Shown here piece after piece: positions 57,801-64,000 of a stretch of DNA of 64,000 bases. Origin of the DNA: Callorhinchus milii (Eukaryota); contig NW_024704751.1 of NCBI RefSeq assembly GCF_018977255.1, positions 8,370,001 to 8,434,000 on the forward strand. Direction: 5' to 3'. The translations under genes were made by a program, and so were the position numbers. Position 1 is the stretch's first letter. Every line of letters starts with the position of its first letter. The notes under the pieces were generated by a model. The model worked only from the letters and a program-made list of their open reading frames with translations. It was not told where the DNA came from and made no database searches.

Positions 57801-60800
57801 AGCTACCTAAACTCTATCCCAGGCTGTGAATTACTGCCCAAACTGTCCACTAACATTCTCTGCCCTGTGAGAATATTAGCTGAGGTTCTCACCCGCCTCC
57901 CATCAGAAATATTGCTCTCATTCCCTCTTGTGCTTCATTGTAAATAGTCAGAATCCAGAGCGCCCACTCTGGATAACATTACTCTGTGATGCACACAGCC
58001 ATTCTGTTATATAAACCCTAATAGAATACCGGTGCAGATAAAACCAGTATCAGGCTTAGAGTTGGTGGGTTAAACACTCCCTGACACCTTCACGTAAACA
58101 CATGCATTTGTAGCCGAGATTCTTTGCATGTTCTCTTCATTTGTCTGATTCGAAGGATTTGGAACTTATGTTCTAATAAGGTAAACCCAATGAATCTCAT
58201 TTTTTAGTCTCCTCTGCCTCTAATGCTTCTTTTAGTTGATCTCAACTGTCTTTCCGAAGCCTCCTGGATTCTCACTGCTTGTGTTCCTTGTCTATTTCTG
58301 TGTCTAACATATTTGTGTTTATTTAAAAAGGTTATTCCCAGAAAATGGGGGCGTAATTACTTTTAGTTCGTGGTTTGTGTACGCTTTCCCCAACATGCTG
58401 GTCATGCTGTTTCTCTGCTGGATATGGCTGCAGATATATTTTCTGGGATTTAAGTAAGTATCATATCTTATATAAATGTAAGTTGTTGTTATAATATTGA
58501 AAGAATGTTTTGTGGTTATGATTTGCATTTTTTGATATGTCCCTTTCCATTTTTCTTAGCTCCCCTAATCTCTTGTTTGACCTCTTCTGTACAGTCTGGT
58601 TTGTATTCAGCCCAAGGGTCAATCTCTCCTTTCTCCCTACACACTTTATAAACCTTCCTTTTCTTCATCTCCCTTTGTATTTTACTATTTATCCAAGCTA
58701 AGGCTTAGGGACGCCGGAGTGTGTGTTGGGAGTTCTGCTGGAGTTTAACCAGCCCAAACCCTCGCCCCCCCTCCACCCCAATCTTTTGGGCTTTGTCTTG
58801 CATGGTGAACAAGAGAAAAATGGAAGAGTCCCTCCTTCCATGACTGGTCTGTCATCAGCAACCAAACTACTCAGACCACCACAGAGACATGTCGCTATTC
58901 CGACATTCTATTGCCAAGCATATCTCTTTGAGCCTAGTTCAGCCTCAAGGAGACCAAATAGCTTATCTCTCCCCCAAGAAGGATAGCCACGAGTTAGTCA
59001 GTTGATATCTACCTCGGTTTGAGCCCTCATTAGCTGAATGGCAGCTTCCAGGAACTTCCTGTGAGCGATCTGGTGAACAGCACAGCTCAGCATGAAATGC
59101 CAAAGGGCACTGCCACCAGCCTCCTGGCACAGTTCAGACACATACCTTTCCTTCTACAATGTGTCATTACATAATATGGCAGTGGATATGTCAGGAGAAT
59201 ATTTCAAAGAGCTTCATAGAGTTTACAGTGACTGTGTACTTTTGGGCAAATTGAAGTGCATTCTGAGATGGATCTTGTTCCAACAGTTTCAAAATATTGT
59301 GGGGCTGTGGATTATTGAAAGTGTGGAAGGAGTTAGTAGCCTACCAGGTCATCAAAGAGGAGTACAAGAAGTTGGGCAAGATGTCCTTTGCTGAAATCCT
59401 TGTTCTCATCCTCTTCATCTTCCTGGTGCTTCTGTGGTTCACTCGGAATCCTGGATTCATGCCTGGCTGGGCTACAGTGATCTTCGGCAAAAGCAAAGAG
59501 TAAGTTCTGTATTTTAATCCTCAAACAAATGAGGCAAACGTGGTGTTGGGTTGCATTAGCAGAGAGATTAGCACACCCAACAAAATAAGTGGGGGGTCTT
59601 TAATTGAGAAAAACAACAACAAATTACATTTATGTAGCACCTTTCACGTCGGGAGGACAATGCAAGGCTGTGGACAGTCAGGGATTTGGAGAAGCCTGTA
59701 TGGATGGTCATGAACATGGCCTGCATGAACAGCGGCTCTCCTCCTGCACCACTACTGAATGCCGAAAAGACAGAGGCTCTCCTGCTTGGCTCCCATCATT
59801 TGCCTACACCCCTCAGTCGCTGGTCACACCAAACTGCATGGATGGTCAATCCATCTGGCGCAGATACTGTGGAATCCCGGTGCTTGTTTGAGGTACTCCC
59901 TGCACTCAGCACTAGCGTGCTTCATGTCCCCTCTGATCCGCTTCACCATTGCTGGGCCAACTTTCAGGCATTCTGCTGGGTGAAGCGCTTTTTGAGATGT
60001 CCTCCTGACGTGAAAGGCGCCATATAAATGCAAATTGTTCTTCACAGTCCATTCTTCACTGCTTTTTTTCAGATATATTTCTGATGGTACAACCGTAATG
60101 TTCATTGCGCTCCTCATGTACATTCTGCCATCAAAGAGACCACGATTGGAAAGCTTGTTTAAAGACAAATCCAGCACTGAGCAGCACATACAAGGTGTGT
60201 ATCCAGGTTACGATCCTCCTCCCAGCAGTTGACACACACAGTACCTGTAACCAGTCTGTAAGGTTGCCCTGTTTGATGTGATAAGGCACAATACACTGCT
60301 GTGTGTAATTGGCTGCCGCATTTCACCCACAAAATACACAGTCAATCCACTTTTCCAGATATCCTGTGAAGCACTTTGAGATGTCTCAACGTGATAAGGC
60401 GCTATATCAAATGCAAGGATTATTATTATTATTAATAATAGAAATGTAAGTTAGGTCTTTCTCCCTCATCAGCAGTGGAAGGCTAACCAGAAGTTATTAA
60501 AATGTCAACGTGTGATTTTCAAAGCTGGTTTATTGTTGTATTTCTTTATTAAATGCTGAACAGATGAAAAGCCTTCAACACTGTTGGATTGGGAAGTCGT
60601 ACAACATAAACTGCCGTGGAATGTGATGCTGTTATTGGGAGGAGGCTTTGCCTTGGCAAAGAGCTGTGAGGTAATTGTAAATGCTTATCCGTCCACCTCC
60701 ACAAGCAGAAATGGCTGCATGACACTTGCTCAGCGACACTTTGTGTGTAGTAACCCAAACAGTCCTGTCTAAAAGAGAACCCTCTACATCAAGATCTGAA

Positions 60801-62444
60801 AAAGAACTTGTTCGGGTGAACTCATTGATTGTATTTGAATCCAGTCTGGACTTCCAAAGAGCCATTTTACAGGAGCTCAACCCTTTCTAATCCCAAAGCC
60901 AAATCTGTTCAACTTTCGGTCCCGATCTCCTCATTCAGTGAAAACCTTGTCTCACACAAATCAAACTCTCACCCATGGTGGTGGTTTTCCCATCTTCATA
61001 GATGATGACTGACTGATGTCAAGCAGTTGGGTTGGATTGGTCATTCTTCTTGTTGCATCCGGAGACAGGAGCCAGACAGATTTCCCACAGAATTAGAAGC
61101 TCTGACCCTGGTATTGTGACATGATTCTGTTCTACTTTCAGGCATCAGGTCTGTCCAGATGGTTGGGTAACCAGCTCAACCCACTGAAGACCATCCCACA
61201 CTGGGGCATCGTGATTATATTATGCTTACTGATATCCATCTTTACAGAATTCACCAGCAACACTGCCACTGCCACTCTCTTCCTCCCCATCCTGGCTTCA
61301 CTGGTAAGCAGGGCCTCTTTTCATTTATTTCACAAGTTGTCTCTTGCTCAAGTCTACATCATATAAGATGCATGGTAAGACGGAAACCATTCAGGGTTCA
61401 ATGTGAGTTTTCCCAGTTCAATTTGTCTTCAATATAAGCGTTTAGGTGGGCTTTAAAGCGGTCACCCCTCCCTCTCCCTCGTTCAGTGTCCGACCTGCCA
61501 CAGTACAGCACCTCAAGACGTGAGGAGCATTGTATAAATGTAAGTCATTGTCTCAAAGTAAAAGATATCTGTTGATATCTGTTGCTAACTAATTTCTTTT
61601 CTGCTTATCATTCCAGGCTGTAAAGCTTAAGATCAACCCTCTGTATGTAATGATTCCTTGCACTGTAACTGCTTCCTTTTCCTTCATGTTGCCTGTAGCA
61701 ACTCCTCCCAATGCCATAGTTTTCACCTATGGGCACTTGACAGTCATGGACATGGTAAGTAGTACAAAGAGTTGCAAGTGAGAGGATCCGAGTTCGATTC
61801 CCGGGCAGGGTGAAACGTTAGGCAAGTTTCCTTACTCCACATGTCTCTGCTTACCTGACAGTAAATAACAACTTGTTAGTTAGTTGATTGGTAGATCGCA
61901 TTTCGGGGGTAATAACCCTTTTTTTTTAAAAAAACGATGTGGTCACTCAATCCACGATCGTTTATGGACACTGCTGTGCGCAATTGGCTGCTGCGTTTCG
62001 CCCACAAAATACACAGTCAATTCACTTTACAGTGTGTTCTGTGAAGCGCTTTGGGACGTCCTCCCGACATGAAAAGCGCTATATCAAATGCAAGGATTAT
62101 TATTATTATTATATTCTGTAAAGCACTTTGACATGTGTTGAAGCTGTGATAAGGCGCAAATGCAAGGATTATTATTATTATTCATAGTTAAATGAGTTAA
62201 TTCAGTGTGATTCCTTAAAAGGACCACTTTTATTCTATGTTTGTGGTATGCCACTCCTTAGGAACTTTGACTTCACCTTTTAATTTGATAAATCTAATAC
62301 TATCTTTTTGTTTTATAGCTTAAGGCTGGGTTCGTTATGAACCTGGTGGGAGTGGTTTGCGTTACTGTATCCGTCAATACCTGGGGTTGGATGTTTTTCA
62401 ATATGGACCAATTTCCTGCCTGGGCAAACACTACGAATTTATGA
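54828..62444 (+). CDS. SLC13A5: SLC13A5-like Na+/citrate cotransporter, copy C, intact (575 aa)
   Basis: Exons 54828-54944, 55423-55551, 56048-56184, 57010-57224, 57595-57733, 58331-58453, 59287-59499, 60073-60194, 60564-60670, 61142-61303, 61617-61754, 62319-62444; exon sizes equal copy B; 24 aa differences by hand count. Confidence 0.8.
56290..56978. mobile_element. Antisense L2 3' fragment followed by a near full-length SINE (largely deleted in copy B)
   Basis: L2 ~56290-56600(-); SINE ~56707-56978(+). Confidence 0.85.
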
Positions 62445-63343
62445 TGTGGCAAGCTGCTCAGAAAGTCACGTCCATACCTCGTATCAAACATTATTTGAGG
62501 TTACTTACACGCCAAGAACACTGAAGCCTGCCAATCAGAATATACCATATGTTCAATGAACTCCAGAAAACAAAAAAACTCCACCAAACCAAGCTGTGAA
62601 ACCCCTTTCCTCCTTCTACATTAGGGTCAATTATAGTACCTTACAACCTCTTCTATGTTATTCTTAATGGTGATATCCTGCAGTCAGGCAATGTTGGCAG
62701 CAGTTATTGGAGTCCTGGTCCTTTCCCATTTATTGCTTATTTATTCTCATTAAAAGTGATTGTGGAATGGTGTTTAATGGCAGTTCCTCAGTTATGATTA
62801 TTAAATGTATGTCTGTCCAACTACTGGGATTTTAATGATTTTTAATATATTGATAAGTTGACTCCACTCCCTACTCGAGTCTCCCCAATCCGAGTTCCGA
62901 CCTGCCCACAGCACCAAGCCAGTGCGTGTCAAAGTTACAAATGACGTCCTCTCTCTGTGTGCCTCCCTCTGCCTCCTTGTCCTGCTGAACCTTTTCGCTG
63001 CTTTCAACAGTGTTGATCACGCCATCCTCCTCGACTGCCTCGCCTTCATCCACTTCAGTAGGATCGCACTGTCCTGGTTCGAGTTCTATGTGAGCTACCG
63101 CCATCACTATGCCTCTGCAAAGATTCTGGAAGGGTTAATGGCCGGTATTCATTGTCAACCCACTGACAGACACGATGTGCAATGAAGCAACAATAGGGAC
63201 AATTGCAGTAATAAACTGAAAGAATTGTATTTATTTTGACTTTGAGTACACAGCAGGTTAAGCCTGACATTGATTGTATAATTAGAATGTACAGTATACT
63301 GTACTAAACACACGTAGTGAACATACACCTGGCAGTGATGAGT

Positions 63344-64000
63344 TCTTGTGAAGGCATTCCTGCCAGTGAATGTCCACCCGAACTATAAAAAAAAGTGCTG
63401 GATATTAATAATAATAATAATATTCTTGCATTTCATACAGTGCCTGATCACATCTCTGAGATGCCTCAAAGTGATTCACAGAATATACCATATAGCGAAT
63501 CGACTGTACATTTTGTAGGTGAAACACAATTGCACACAGCGATGTCCCACAAACAGTTGTGGATTGAATGACCAAATTATTATTATGATTATCTTTTTTN
63601 AAGGGATTTTTATACACAGACTGAGGTGGTTTAATGGATAGTGAAGATCAGACTGTAAAAGGCATGTGGTTTGTGCTCTCTTCCTCTGTCTCAAAATCAG
63701 CCTGACTTGGGGACACTTTTAGCTCTAATTTTGACAGCAATATGTTGGTGTAAGAGGTTTTTTCAGTTAAATGAATCATCCCTTTAATTTTCTCCTAAAG
63801 TTAGCTCAAACGTGAAGCATTTGCTGCCTGGTTCAGAGGGGTTTGGTGTCAATGAAAATGAATACCAAGACATTGGTGGGGCTGGGGGTGTGGGGGGTGG
63901 GGGTCTGAGCTGTGGTTCAGCATGACACTGCCCAGCTATTTACATGCTCTGTTTGTCTCTCTGTGCGCTCAGCTCATGCGCTTTTGACGCATCAAGTCCC
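63344..64000 (+). repeat. Start of tandem unit 3 (upstream region of a probable further SLC13A5-like copy)
   Basis: Essentially identical to 53877-54533 apart from an N at 63600; the offset predicts an ATG near 64295, outside the window. Confidence 0.88.

Larger units (their letters stand above)
53877..63343 (+). repeat. Tandem segmental duplication, unit 2 (9467 bp, contains copy C)
   Basis: Colinear with unit 1 and about 99% identical; offsets are 9030 and 9481 on either side of a 451-bp indel. Confidence 0.95.

Noticed and set aside
33300-62444. Calling all downstream copies SLC13A2 duplicates on synteny alone
   Set aside because: Diagnostic motifs consistently match SLC13A5 rather than the adjacent SLC13A2; still needs a tree
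44913-64000. Units 1-3 as a pure haplotype false duplication
   Set aside because: The inter-unit junction occurs twice, the unit 1 edge is distinctly diverged, and B/C differ by 24 aa and a 451-bp indel. Exact copy number remains uncertain (N at 63600).

Overview
Vertebrate genomic DNA, not prokaryotic. The repeat content (tRNA-derived Deu-type SINEs with (TTA)n tails, L2 and CR1 LINEs, Penelope-like termini) and short introns suggest a cartilaginous fish; this is inference. Splicing exons by hand (GT-AG and reading phase checked) gives the following genes: the last six exons of SARM1 (+, 230-3780), complete SLC46A1/PCFT (-, 6200-14925), complete SLC13A2/NaDC1 (+, 18358-29002), then a head-to-tail array of SLC13-family genes whose diagnostic motifs are SLC13A5/NaCT (citrate transporter)-like rather than SLC13A2-like. 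The array holds copy A (33300-44184, one apparent -1 frameshift), copies B (45785-52978) and C (54828-62444) inside ~9-9.5 kb near-identical tandem units, and the upstream region of a further unit at the window end. The strongest signal: B and C differ more in exons than in introns, and almost all exonic differences change amino acids (hand count 25 nonsynonymous vs 4 synonymous nt). This suggests an expanding citrate-transporter array under diversifying selection, with gene conversion as a contributing or alternative cause. Most ORFs in the supplied track are repeat or shadow ORFs. Repeat boundaries are approximate and all counts are manual.
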